Positions 37,239-46,408 of a stretch of DNA of 64,000 bases are shown here, one piece after another (the stretch's first letter is position 1; every line of letters starts with the position of its first letter). The position numbers and the translations under genes are program-made. The notes below the pieces were generated by a model. It had not been told where the DNA came from and searched no databases. It saw only the letters and a program-made list of their open reading frames with translations. This DNA comes from Bryobacterales bacterium (GTDB lineage: Bacteria; Acidobacteriota; Terriglobia; Bryobacterales; UBA6623), in NCBI GenBank assembly GCA_965214915.1, contig CBDCCP010000002.1:480844-544843 (forward strand). The letters are read 5' to 3'.

Positions 37239-38621
37239 TTACAAGCGGGAGATCGCCGAATAGCCCATGAAGACCGCCATCAGCGTCGCCGAGACCCACA
37301 GCATCAACGTAATCCAGCCCTTGGGCAGAATGCGCGCGGGCATTTTGCGGTAACGCAAATAGACTGTGAAAAAGCCGATTACCGGCAGCATGATCGCCTG
37401 CGCAACGCCGCCGATCTTGACCATTAACACAGGTTCTTCGAGCAGCATGAAATAGAAGCAGGGCACGGTGAGCAGGAAAACGACGAAAAAGCGGGTCGCC
37501 TGCAAGCGCTTGCGGTAGTCGCTCCTGTCGTAGATGCCGAGCATGCCGACGAAATCGGCCCAGACGCGGCAGTTGGCGGCGGTCGAGGCGAAAACGGTCG
37601 AATAGAGCACGGCGAATGCGCCGGCCATGAAAATCGGCAGCGACCAGCCGCCCAGCGTCTGCGTGTAGATATTCGACAGCACGTGAACCATTTCCGAGCC
37701 TGCCGGGATCAGGCCCATGCCCTTGAGGATGCCCGCGCCCAGAAAATAGAACGCGATCGTGGCAAAGGTGTAAATCACCATGGAGTTGAGGACGTCCGTT
37801 CCCATCACGCGTATCCAGCCGAATGCGCGCTGCGTCCAGCGGTCGGAATCGTCACGCTTGCCGGTGTAGCGCGCATAGCCCTTTTCGATGCACCAATACG
37901 GGTACATGACGAGCTCGGTCGCGCCGACGCCGGTGATCCCGAAGGCGGCCACTGCCGTGCCCATGCCGCCTTCCGGCGGGCGGAACGTCAGGCCCGCCAA
38001 AACGGCGCTCCAGTCGAAATACTGCGGCAGCTTGAGCAGCAAGAAGCAGCAACTCACGGTCAACGCCGTAAAGCTCACGACGAGACCCATGGCGATGCGT
38101 TCGACCAGCGAATACTTGCCGGCGATGAGCAGCAGAATCGAAAGAGCCGCCAGGATCCAGACGAATGCGGTGATCGGAACGGCCGGAAACAAGCGGTTCA
38201 GAATCTCTGAAATGCCGCCCAGCATGGCGCCGATCTGGAACAACGTCGCCGTCACCATGAAGGCCCACATCCAAACGAGCCACGAAACTCTCCAGCGCGG
38301 TCCGGGCGCTTGGTCGAACGCCTCCAACGCGGTCTTTCCGGTGGCGATGGCGTAGCGCCCGAGCTCGTTCTGCACGACCGTCTTGATGAGGCAGCTCAAG
38401 ACGATCAGCCAGAGCAGGGTGTAGCCGTTCTCGGCGCCCAGAACCGTCGTCGCGATGAGCTCGCCGGAACCGACGATGGAGCTGGCCAGGATGAGACCCG
38501 GGCCGATCAGCCTCATCGTTCCGCCGAAGGTTTGCGGCGGCTCGCGAATGTTTTCTGCCTTCAGGGCGTAGGGATCGTAGCCGGCTCGGTGCGTCATATG
38601 CGAGTTTGGCAATGCTACCAC
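37239..38621 (-). CDS. Nramp-fold transporter, non-canonical (lacks the DPGN and MPH motifs)
   Basis: 460 aa. MRLIGPGLILASSIVGSGELIATTVLGAENGYTLLWLIVLSCLIKTVVQNELGRYAIATG. Confidence 0.65.
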   Translation of the reverse strand: MVALPNSHMTHRAGYDPYALKAENIREPPQTFGGTMRLIGPGLILASSIVGSGELIATTVLGAENGYTLLWLIVLSCLIKTVVQNELGRYAIATGKTALEAFDQAPGPRWRVSWLVWMWAFMVTATLFQIGAMLGGISEILNRLFPAVPITAFVWILAALSILLLIAGKYSLVERIAMGLVVSFTALTVSCCFLLLKLPQYFDWSAVLAGLTFRPPEGGMGTAVAAFGITGVGATELVMYPYWCIEKGYARYTGKRDDSDRWTQRAFGWIRVMGTDVLNSMVIYTFATIAFYFLGAGILKGMGLIPAGSEMVHVLSNIYTQTLGGWSLPIFMAGAFAVLYSTVFASTAANCRVWADFVGMLGIYDRSDYRKRLQATRFFVVFLLTVPCFYFMLLEEPVLMVKIGGVAQAIMLPVIGFFTVYLRYRKMPARILPKGWITLMLWVSATLMAVFMGYSAISRL

Positions 38622-38645
38622 AGACGCCGCCGGGCTTACCGCGCC

Positions 38646-40196
38646 CTACTGCGCGTTCGTGTGCTGCGGCGCGTCCATCACCAGCGGCTCGGGGAAGTCT
38701 GCGGCTTTCTTGCCGCCGCGGCCGCGCAGGCGTTTGTTCTGCGAATTGCCGCGGGGAGCGTTCAGGGGAATCTCCATGCCGCCCAATTCGGTCATCATTT
38801 CGTACAGCCGCGTCTCCATGCGCTTGGCCGTAGCGGCGAGCGCGGGGTCGCGGATCAGGTTTTTTGTCTCGCCCGGGTCGGCTTCGAGATCGTAAAGCTC
38901 GTCGGTGTCCCAGAGGCCGTAATAGGTGATGTACTTGTAGCGGTCGCCGCGCAAGGCGAACTGCGTGGGCGAGTGCGGAAAGTTCTTTTCCCAGTAATAG
39001 ACATAGAGAAAGTAGTCGCGCCAGGGGATTTTCTCTCCGGCGGCAAGCTGCAGGAAGCTTTGGCCGTCCATGTGCGCCGGCTTTTCGAGGCCCATCGCTT
39101 CCAGCACCGTCGGGCCGATGTCGATATTGGCGACGACCTCCTCGACCGCGGCGCCGGCCGGGAACAGCTCGGGGCATTGCGCCAGCATGGGCACCCGGAT
39201 CGAGGTCTCGTAAGCGACGCGCTTGTCGATCAAGCCGTGCTCGCCGAACATGAAACCGTTGTCGCCCATGTAGATGACGAGCGTTTCGTCGTGGATGCCC
39301 ATCTTCTTCAACTGCGCCGCGATGCGTCCGATGCTGTCGTCGACGGCGCGCAGCGCCTCGGAATAGCGCTTGTAGTAGCGCTCGACGTTGAGCTCGCTGT
39401 GATAGGGGAAATCCACTCCGTGCCAACTGTTACGTTGGTCTTTCAGCCAGCGCGGCTTGTTTTTGTAGTTCTCCGGCGTGTTGGCCTCGCTTGCAGGACG
39501 CCGGAAGGGGATGTCCGCCAGCGATCCTTCGTGCCTCTCCGCCGGCGTGAAGTTGGCGTGTACGGCTTTGTGCGAGAGGTATAGGAAAAAGGGCTTTTCC
39601 GCGGGTTTTTGCATTTCCAGCCAGTCGATCGCATAGTCGGTCAACTCGTCGGTGATGTAGCCCTTTTGCTTGACGCGCTTGCCGTCGACGTTCAGCGTGT
39701 AATCGGGCGTCGGCGGCAAATAGTGGCCCTGGCCGCGGAAGCTCACCCAGCGGTCGAACCCCGGCCGCGGCTCGTCCGTGGCGCCGCCCATGTGCCACTT
39801 GCCGATAAACGCCGTTGCGTATCCGGCCTTTTGCAGGTACTGCGGAAAGAACAGCGTGCCCTTGGGCACCAGCCGGTTGTTGTCGATCACGCGGTGCCGG
39901 AACGTGTACAAGCCCGTCAGGATCGAAGCGCGGCTCGGCGAGCAGAGCGAGGTCGTCACGAAGGCGTTCTTGAGATGAACGCCGTTCTTGGCCATGGCGT
40001 CCATGTGCGGCGTCTTGGCGAACTGGTGGTTCATGAACGACATCGCGTCGTAGCGGTGGTCGTCCGAGAGGATAAACACGACGCTGCGGGGCTTGGCGTC
40101 CGCGGTTTTCCTTGGCAAGACTTCGCTGGGGACGGGAACCACGGCCGCGAACGATGCGGAGACGGAAAGGGCGAGTAGAAAAACAGGGAGGCGCAT
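38646..40196 (-). CDS. Sulfatase (type I, formylglycine-dependent)
   Basis: Signal peptide MRLPVFLLALSVSASFA. SVVFILSDDHRYD and CSPSRASILTGLY motifs. The upstream part of track ORF 38646-41813 is a shadow frame. Confidence 0.9.
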   Translation of the reverse strand: MRLPVFLLALSVSASFAAVVPVPSEVLPRKTADAKPRSVVFILSDDHRYDAMSFMNHQFAKTPHMDAMAKNGVHLKNAFVTTSLCSPSRASILTGLYTFRHRVIDNNRLVPKGTLFFPQYLQKAGYATAFIGKWHMGGATDEPRPGFDRWVSFRGQGHYLPPTPDYTLNVDGKRVKQKGYITDELTDYAIDWLEMQKPAEKPFFLYLSHKAVHANFTPAERHEGSLADIPFRRPASEANTPENYKNKPRWLKDQRNSWHGVDFPYHSELNVERYYKRYSEALRAVDDSIGRIAAQLKKMGIHDETLVIYMGDNGFMFGEHGLIDKRVAYETSIRVPMLAQCPELFPAGAAVEEVVANIDIGPTVLEAMGLEKPAHMDGQSFLQLAAGEKIPWRDYFLYVYYWEKNFPHSPTQFALRGDRYKYITYYGLWDTDELYDLEADPGETKNLIRDPALAATAKRMETRLYEMMTELGGMEIPLNAPRGNSQNKRLRGRGGKKAADFPEPLVMDAPQHTNAQ

Positions 40197-40234
40197 AAGT
40201 TCCCCCAGTTTAGCCGAGACCGCCGGGAGGGACG

Positions 40235-41494
40235 CTAACCGGCGATGCCCAGCCAAGCGAAGAAAACCACCGCCGCCGCCAGCACGATGTTGACCCACGG
40301 CGGGTTTTTGAACGGCTTTCCGACCCACTCGAGCCGGTTGTTCATCATCAGCAGCGTGAGCGCCAGCAGCGGCAGGAACATGGCTCCGAATACGCCGTAA
40401 ACCAATTGAATTTGCTTGACCGAGGCGTTCAGCAGAAACAGCGGAACGATTGCGATCAGGAACAGCCAACCGCGGTACGCCGCCGTTCGGCGCAGCTCTT
40501 GCGCGGATCCGTCCTGCAGACGGATGCAGTCCGCGAACATGTACGGAATGCTCTGCCAAACCCCCAGCAAGCTCGAAAACACGGCGCCCCAGAAACCGGC
40601 CAGAAATACGACGCGGCCGAGCGGGCCGACGGCCTCGGCCAGACGGTCGGCCATTTGCACGGCCAGCGCCGCGCCGCCCGCCTCGACGTCGATTTGCGAG
40701 CCGATCACGACCACCGACAGGCCGAAAAGTCCGGTCATGCCGTTGCCCACCGCCAAGTCGGCCTTGCATACCGGCAGCATCGCTTCGCCGCGCCGGCCCT
40801 GTTCTTGAATCCAGTACCCGTAGGAAAGCAGGGTTACCGTTCCGCCGACTCCGCCGAGCACGGCCAGCACCCATTGGGTTCCGCTGTCCGGGATGGACGG
40901 CGCGAACCCGGCCAGCACTTCGCCGGCGGGCGGCGCAACCACCGCCGCCGTGCCGATCACGGTCACGAACATCAGCCCAACCAGCGCCGCCATGATCGAT
41001 TCGAACGCTTGAAAGCTGCGCCACAAGACCAGAGCGGCGCCGGCGAGAGAATGGATGACCGCCCAGATCAGCACCGACGTTTGCGGGCCGCCGAGCGGGT
41101 AGATCGCCGTGCCGGCCGTCCCGCAGGCGGCGGCCAGCGCTCGCCCGACGATCACCGTGAACAGCGTCAGGTAAATCAGGAAAACCCAACGCACCCAACG
41201 GCCCAGCTTGAGGCGCCAACCGTCGAGAAGCGTCATGCCCGTCGCCAACTGCCAGCGGGCGATGCCTTCGGTCAGCACATATTTCAGCCCGGCCCCGACG
41301 ACTACCGCCCAAAGCAAGCTCACGCCGACTTCGCTGCCGGCCAGCGTGCCGGTCAGCAGGTCTCCCGCGCCAACGCCGGTCGCCGCCAGCAGGATGCCGG
41401 GGGCGATCATGCGGAACCGGCTGAGTTTCGGGGGCGCGGTTGCTGTCACGGTCGGTTCCCAGCATAACGAAGTTGCGCCCCGTACGACCCGCAA
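40235..41494 (-). CDS. Second Nramp-fold transporter, non-canonical
   Basis: RMIAPGILLAATGVGAGDLLTGTLAGSEVGVSLLWAVVVGAGLKYVLTEGIARWQLATG. The start is uncertain (41410-41494). Confidence 0.6.
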   Translation of the reverse strand: MRVVRGATSLCWEPTVTATAPPKLSRFRMIAPGILLAATGVGAGDLLTGTLAGSEVGVSLLWAVVVGAGLKYVLTEGIARWQLATGMTLLDGWRLKLGRWVRWVFLIYLTLFTVIVGRALAAACGTAGTAIYPLGGPQTSVLIWAVIHSLAGAALVLWRSFQAFESIMAALVGLMFVTVIGTAAVVAPPAGEVLAGFAPSIPDSGTQWVLAVLGGVGGTVTLLSYGYWIQEQGRRGEAMLPVCKADLAVGNGMTGLFGLSVVVIGSQIDVEAGGAALAVQMADRLAEAVGPLGRVVFLAGFWGAVFSSLLGVWQSIPYMFADCIRLQDGSAQELRRTAAYRGWLFLIAIVPLFLLNASVKQIQLVYGVFGAMFLPLLALTLLMMNNRLEWVGKPFKNPPWVNIVLAAAVVFFAWLGIAG

Positions 41495-41574
41495 CGAATC
41501 GAGGCAACGGGTTGATAAGCTGGAGATTCGGGATCGCCGATGCTTTCGCCGATCTTTTCTCTTTGCCGCCGGCC

Positions 41575-42249
41575 ATGACTCGAATCGCGCCCTCCATTCT
41601 GGCCGCGGACTTTGCCCGCCTCGGCGAGCAGGTCAAGGCCGTCAAGCAAGGCGGCGCCGAAATGCTGCACATCGACGTAATGGACGGGCGGTTCGTGCCC
41701 AACATTTCGATCGGCGTTCCGGTCGTCGAGTCGTTGCGCGCCGCGACCGACCTGACGCTCGATTGCCACCTGATGATCGTCGAGCCGGGAAAATACGTCG
41801 AAGCCTTCGCCAAGGCGGGTGCGCGGATGATCTCCGTTCACCAGGAGGCATGTCCGCACCTCGACCGCGATATCCGCCGCATCCGGGAGCTGGGCGTTCA
41901 GGCGGGCGTCGCGCTCAACCCGGCAACCCCGCTGCACACCCTCGACGAAGTTCTGCCCATTGTCGATTTCGTGCTGATTATGAGCGTCAACCCCGGCTTC
42001 GGCGGGCAAAAACTCATCCCCGCGGCGGTCGAAAAGGTCGGGGCGCTGGCCGGCATCCGCGCCGAGCGCCGGCTCGATTTTCGAATCGAAGTCGACGGCG
42101 GAGTCGATCTGTCGAACGCCGCCGCAATTGCCGCCGCGGGTTGCGACATCCTTGTCGCCGGTTCGAGCATATTCCGAGCCGGCGATCCGGCCGAGGCGGC
42201 GCGTTCGATGATACGCTTAACGAACCCGCCGGGCGCGGCTCGTGCGTAA
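41575..42249 (+). CDS. rpe: Ribulose-phosphate 3-epimerase
   Basis: MTRIAPSILAADFARLGEQVKAVKQGGAEMLHIDVMDGRFVPNISIG...MSVNPGFGGQKLIP. Confidence 0.95.
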   Translation: MTRIAPSILAADFARLGEQVKAVKQGGAEMLHIDVMDGRFVPNISIGVPVVESLRAATDLTLDCHLMIVEPGKYVEAFAKAGARMISVHQEACPHLDRDIRRIRELGVQAGVALNPATPLHTLDEVLPIVDFVLIMSVNPGFGGQKLIPAAVEKVGALAGIRAERRLDFRIEVDGGVDLSNAAAIAAAGCDILVAGSSIFRAGDPAEAARSMIRLTNPPGAARA

Positions 42250-42325
42250 CAATTCATGCTGGGCCGTGCCGGGCGCAGAATGCGCCCCCGCCGCTTTGCG
42301 GAATCGTGCAGAATAGAAGAAAGCG

Positions 42326-43429
42326 ATGCGTATGAAAACGACGAAGTTCCTCTCGGCCGCTCTCGGCTTGGTTTTGCTGCTCGCGGCGAGTTGCGGACGA
42401 AGTCCCTACGACAATCCCATCGCCAACAACTCGCAGCAGCCGGACAAGATACTGTTCGACAAGTCCATCGAAAACATCGAGAAGCACAAATACGAGTTGG
42501 CTCGCATCACGCTGCAAACGCTGATCAACACGTATCCCGACAGCGAGTACATCGCCAAAGCCAAGCTGGCGATTGCCGACAGTTGGTACCGCGAAGGCAC
42601 TTCCAGCGCGCTTGCCCAGGCCGAAGCGGAGTACAAGGATTTCATCACCTTCTTCCCCAACATGGAAGAAGCCGCCGAGTCCCAACTCAAGATCTGTCAG
42701 ATCCATTACAACCAACTGCAAAAGCCCGACCGCGACAACCGCCACGCGATCCGCGCCGACCAGGAGTGCCGGCAATTGTTGCTCCGCCATCCCAACAGCG
42801 TGTTTCGGCAAGACACCGAGCAGCTTCTGCGCAATGTCCAGGAATTGATCGCCGAGGGCGAATACCGCGTCGGCAAGTTTTATGTCGGCAAGGGAAGCTT
42901 CCGCGCCGGCGCGAATCGGCTGCAGGCGATGTCGGATCATTATCCGCTCTTCAGCAAAGCCGACGAAACGTTATGGGTTCTCGCCGGGACATACGAAAAG
43001 CTGGGCGACAACTTCGAGGAGCAGGAGGTGAGCGCGTACCAACAGATCGTTCGCGGCTATCCGCTGAGCCCGTATGTCGAGGAGGCCAAGCAGCGGTTGA
43101 CGGCGATGGGCCGGGAAATTCCCGAGACCGACCCCGATCGTTTCAAAATCCACCAGTACAACGTGGAGAACCGTGTCTATAGGGACCGCCTCGGCAGTTT
43201 CTGGGGGATGTTCGCCGGGAAGCCCGATCTGGGCTTTGCGGCCAAAGCCGGCGATCCGATGATGACCACGCTCATGCCGCGCACGCCCCCCGGCATCCGC
43301 GCCTCGGCCGCGGCGGCGGCCGCTGAACCCAGCGCCGAAGTGGCGGTGGAAACGATTTCCGGTCCGAGCGCTCTCGACACCGAGCCGGACGCGCGCAGGA
43401 ACCAGCCGCGGCAAGAGCAGCCGCAATAG
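42326..43429 (+). CDS. bamD: Outer membrane protein assembly factor BamD-like TPR lipoprotein
   Basis: Lipobox LLLAASCG. YELARITLQTLINTYPDSEYIAKAKLAIADSWY...EYRVGKFYVGKGSFRAGANRL. Confidence 0.8.
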   Translation: MRMKTTKFLSAALGLVLLLAASCGRSPYDNPIANNSQQPDKILFDKSIENIEKHKYELARITLQTLINTYPDSEYIAKAKLAIADSWYREGTSSALAQAEAEYKDFITFFPNMEEAAESQLKICQIHYNQLQKPDRDNRHAIRADQECRQLLLRHPNSVFRQDTEQLLRNVQELIAEGEYRVGKFYVGKGSFRAGANRLQAMSDHYPLFSKADETLWVLAGTYEKLGDNFEEQEVSAYQQIVRGYPLSPYVEEAKQRLTAMGREIPETDPDRFKIHQYNVENRVYRDRLGSFWGMFAGKPDLGFAAKAGDPMMTTLMPRTPPGIRASAAAAAAEPSAEVAVETISGPSALDTEPDARRNQPRQEQPQ

Positions 43430-43436
43430 AGTTCGA

Positions 43437-43994
43437 GTGGCCGACATACTCATCGCGGACGACAATCCGCACGCCCGGCACATGGCCGAGGCGGTTCTTG
43501 CGCCTGAGGGGCACCGCGTCAGCGGGGTCTCCGACGGGGAGGCCGCCCTGCGCCGTATCCAAGACGCCAAGCCCGACCTGGTCTTGCTCGACACGAAGAT
43601 GCCGCGCGCCGACGGTCTAGCCGTGTGCCGCGGCATACGCTCGGACCCCGGCTTGGTCGACGTGCGCCTCGTGATGCTTGCCGGCCCGCTCGACCCCCTC
43701 GACCGCGAGGGGGCCGCTGCCGCGGGTTTCGATGCGGTCCTGCAAAAGCCTCTCGACGCGGACGGCCTCCTCAAAACCGTCAACGAACTGCTCGGCGGCC
43801 GCCGTAAGGACGCTGCCGCCGCTCCGACCGTCGATCCGCTCACGCATCTGGTCGAAGAAACGCTCATCGGCAAGCAGGAACGCATTGTGGAAAGCGAGAT
43901 TCGCCAAGCCGTCGAAGAGGTCTTGACCGCGGCCATGCCGGCAATCGTCGAGCGTATTACCATGCAAGTCAGCCGCAAGCTCAAAGAGATATGA
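43437..43994 (+). CDS. Stand-alone response-regulator receiver protein with a C-terminal extension
   Basis: GTG start. ADILIADDNPHARHMAE...PDLVLLDTKMPRADGL...FDAVLQKPLD. Confidence 0.8.
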   Translation: MADILIADDNPHARHMAEAVLAPEGHRVSGVSDGEAALRRIQDAKPDLVLLDTKMPRADGLAVCRGIRSDPGLVDVRLVMLAGPLDPLDREGAAAAGFDAVLQKPLDADGLLKTVNELLGGRRKDAAAAPTVDPLTHLVEETLIGKQERIVESEIRQAVEEVLTAAMPAIVERITMQVSRKLKEI

Positions 43995-44869
43995 CCGCGG
44001 GCCGCCGTGAGCCTGAGAGTAAAGAGACCCTGGCGCCGGCGGGCGCGTCCGCGGCGGGTGAAGGCGCGGGACAGCCGGCAGAGCGCGAGCCTTCCCCTTA
44101 CGACGTCGGCATCGAAGAATTCGAAGGGCCTCTCGATCTCCTGCTGGACTTGATCCGCAAGCACCGCGTCGATGTCTTCGACATCCCCATCGCCAAAATC
44201 ACGGATCGGTATCTGGGCTGCATTCGCCGCGCGGAAGAGTTGAACGTCGAAGTCGGCGCCGAGTTCATCTTGATGGCCGCGACTCTGATTCAGATCAAAT
44301 CGAAGTTGCTGCTGCCCGACGATCCGACCGTTCCGCCCGACGAGCGCGAAGACCCCCGCGAAGAGCTTGTGCAGCAGTTGCTCGACCGCGAAAAGTTCGT
44401 ACAGGCGGCGCAAATGCTCAAGCACAAACGCGTTGTCGAAGAAAACGTATGGTCCGTCCCGTCGCCGGAAGACTTCGCCGGAGAAGACGATGAAGAACCG
44501 GCCCTGGAGGTCACCTTGTTCGATCTCGTGCAGACGTTCGAGGAAGTCCTGGAGCGTTTCAAGAGCCGTCCGCGGTTCGAGGTCGAGGAAGAAGAGGTTT
44601 CCGTCACGGGCCGCATTGCCTACCTGAAAAATTTATTGACGAGCGAAGACCGTCCGATCTCCGTTCGCAGCGTGTTTTTGCGGCAACCGAGCCGCCGCGC
44701 CCTGGTAGCTACGTTCTTGGCGCTGCTGGAGTTGGCCAAGGCGCGGGCGGTCGTGCTGAGCCAAGCGGAAATTTTCGGCGATATCGTGATGCGCAAGCAT
44801 AAGATGTTCGACGCGGCGTTCAACGACGCCGGGGTGTTTCCGGTTATCGACGGAGGTCGCCGATCGTGA
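43991..44869 (+). CDS. scpA: Segregation and condensation protein A
   Basis: EEFEGPLDLLLDLIRKHRVDVFDIPIAKITDRYL...ILMAATLIQIKSKLLLP. Confidence 0.9.
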   Translation: MTAGRREPESKETLAPAGASAAGEGAGQPAEREPSPYDVGIEEFEGPLDLLLDLIRKHRVDVFDIPIAKITDRYLGCIRRAEELNVEVGAEFILMAATLIQIKSKLLLPDDPTVPPDEREDPREELVQQLLDREKFVQAAQMLKHKRVVEENVWSVPSPEDFAGEDDEEPALEVTLFDLVQTFEEVLERFKSRPRFEVEEEEVSVTGRIAYLKNLLTSEDRPISVRSVFLRQPSRRALVATFLALLELAKARAVVLSQAEIFGDIVMRKHKMFDAAFNDAGVFPVIDGGRRS

Positions 44870-45558
44870 GCGGCGGGACACAGACGAGCGCAGCCTCGGC
44901 AATCCCGGTCGCCCGGCAGACGCTGCCGGGCATCGAGCCCGGCCCCGAGGAGCGGCAAGCCCTGCTCGAAGCCGTGATCTACGCGGCGGACGATCCCCCG
45001 GCAATCGCCGACTTGGCCGCGGGTCTGGGCCTGCCGGCGTCGATGGTGAAAAAAGACCTGGAGGAACTCATCGCATCCTACCGTTCCGCCGGCCGGGGAA
45101 TCGAGATTCGAGCGGTCGCCGGCGGTTACAAGATGTTCACCAAGCCGGAGCATCACGAGGCCGTCAAAGCCTTCATAAAAACGCTGCGTCCCAAGTTGAA
45201 GCTGTCTCTCCCCGCGCTTGAGACGTTGGCCGTCATTGCTTACAAGCAGCCGGTTACCATTCCCGAAATCCAGGCCGTGCGCGGCGTCAACGCGGCGGGC
45301 GTCATGCATACGTTGCTGAAGCATCGACTGATCGCGGCCGCGGGCCGCAAGAAAGTCATCGGCCGTCCGATGCAGTACAAGACGACGAAGGACTTCCTGG
45401 TGCAATTCGGCCTGAACGACCTGACCGAGTTGCCGAGCCTCAAGGAAATGGAAGAGCTCAGCCGCGCCGCGCTCGGCGAAGACAACGTTGAAGCGTCGAG
45501 GGTAGAAACCGATTCGAATTCTCAGGCGGAAGCCGAAGACGCCGGCGCCGAGTCGTAG
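44866..45558 (+). CDS. scpB: SMC-Scp complex subunit ScpB
   Basis: GTGA overlap with scpA. LEAVIYAADDPP...LETLAVIAYKQPVTIPEIQAVRGV. Confidence 0.9.
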   Translation: MSGGTQTSAASAIPVARQTLPGIEPGPEERQALLEAVIYAADDPPAIADLAAGLGLPASMVKKDLEELIASYRSAGRGIEIRAVAGGYKMFTKPEHHEAVKAFIKTLRPKLKLSLPALETLAVIAYKQPVTIPEIQAVRGVNAAGVMHTLLKHRLIAAAGRKKVIGRPMQYKTTKDFLVQFGLNDLTELPSLKEMEELSRAALGEDNVEASRVETDSNSQAEAEDAGAES

Positions 45559-45589
45559 GCCCGGGCCGGCCGCCGCGCATGCTTTCGAA

Positions 45590-46393
45590 ATGCTGGAACG
45601 ACTGCAGAAGATTATTTCCGGCGCCGGCATTGTCTCGCGGCGCAAGGCCGAGGAGTTGATCGCTGCCGGCCGAGTGAGCGTGAACGGCGAGATTGTCACG
45701 GCGCCGGGAACGAAAGCCGACCCGAGCAGCGACCGTATCCAAGTCGACGGCAAGGTCCTCGAACCCGCGGCCAAGCGACGCTACTTCGTCGTCAACAAGC
45801 CCAAGGGGTATGTGGCGACGACCAGCGACCCGGAAGGCCGGCGCACCGTGATGGACCTGCTCGACAAGCGCGTCCGTAAGGGCCTCTACCCGGTCGGGCG
45901 GCTCGACTACAACACCGAAGGGTTGCTGCTGCTGACCAACGACGGCGGCTTCGCCAACCATATCCTCTCCGCCAAGAGCGGTATTACGAAAACCTACGAG
46001 GTGAAGGTCAGCGGCGCTCCCCCGGCCGAGCAGATCGACAAGCTGAGAAGTGGCGTGCGGCTCGACGGACGGCTCGTTGTGCCCGCGGCGGTCAGGCTGC
46101 TGCGGCCGGCGAAGAATCCCTGGTACGAAATCGAGCTTGCGGAGGGGCGAAACCGTCAAATCCACCGCATGTTTCAGAGCATCGGCTTCCTGGTGGAGAA
46201 GATTCGACGGGTGCGCATCGGGCCGCTGGCGCTCGGCAATTTGCAGTCCGGGCAAGCCAGGGAGATGTGGCCCGCGGAAGTCAGGCGGCTGTTGGCGCCG
46301 CCGGAAACCGCCAAGAAACCTACGCGACGCAAGACCGGCCGCAAACGCTCAGCGCAAGCAGCTAAGCCCGCGTCGCGCGGCAGTCATCGTTGA
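45590..46393 (+). CDS. rluB: Pseudouridine synthase, RsuA/RluB family (S4 domain plus catalytic GRLD)
   Basis: MLERLQKIISGAGIVSRRKAEELIAAGRVSVNG...YPVGRLDYNTEGLLLLTNDG. Conserved scpA-scpB-rluB neighbourhood. Confidence 0.85.
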   Translation: MLERLQKIISGAGIVSRRKAEELIAAGRVSVNGEIVTAPGTKADPSSDRIQVDGKVLEPAAKRRYFVVNKPKGYVATTSDPEGRRTVMDLLDKRVRKGLYPVGRLDYNTEGLLLLTNDGGFANHILSAKSGITKTYEVKVSGAPPAEQIDKLRSGVRLDGRLVVPAAVRLLRPAKNPWYEIELAEGRNRQIHRMFQSIGFLVEKIRRVRIGPLALGNLQSGQAREMWPAEVRRLLAPPETAKKPTRRKTGRKRSAQAAKPASRGSHR

Positions 46394-46408
46394 ACCACTG
46401 CGATAGTC

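Noticed and set aside
40197-41813. Upstream 540 codons of the 1055-aa ORF 38646-41813
   Set aside because: This is a shadow frame overlapping the second Nramp-like gene. The sulfatase has its own signal peptide and ATG at 40196.
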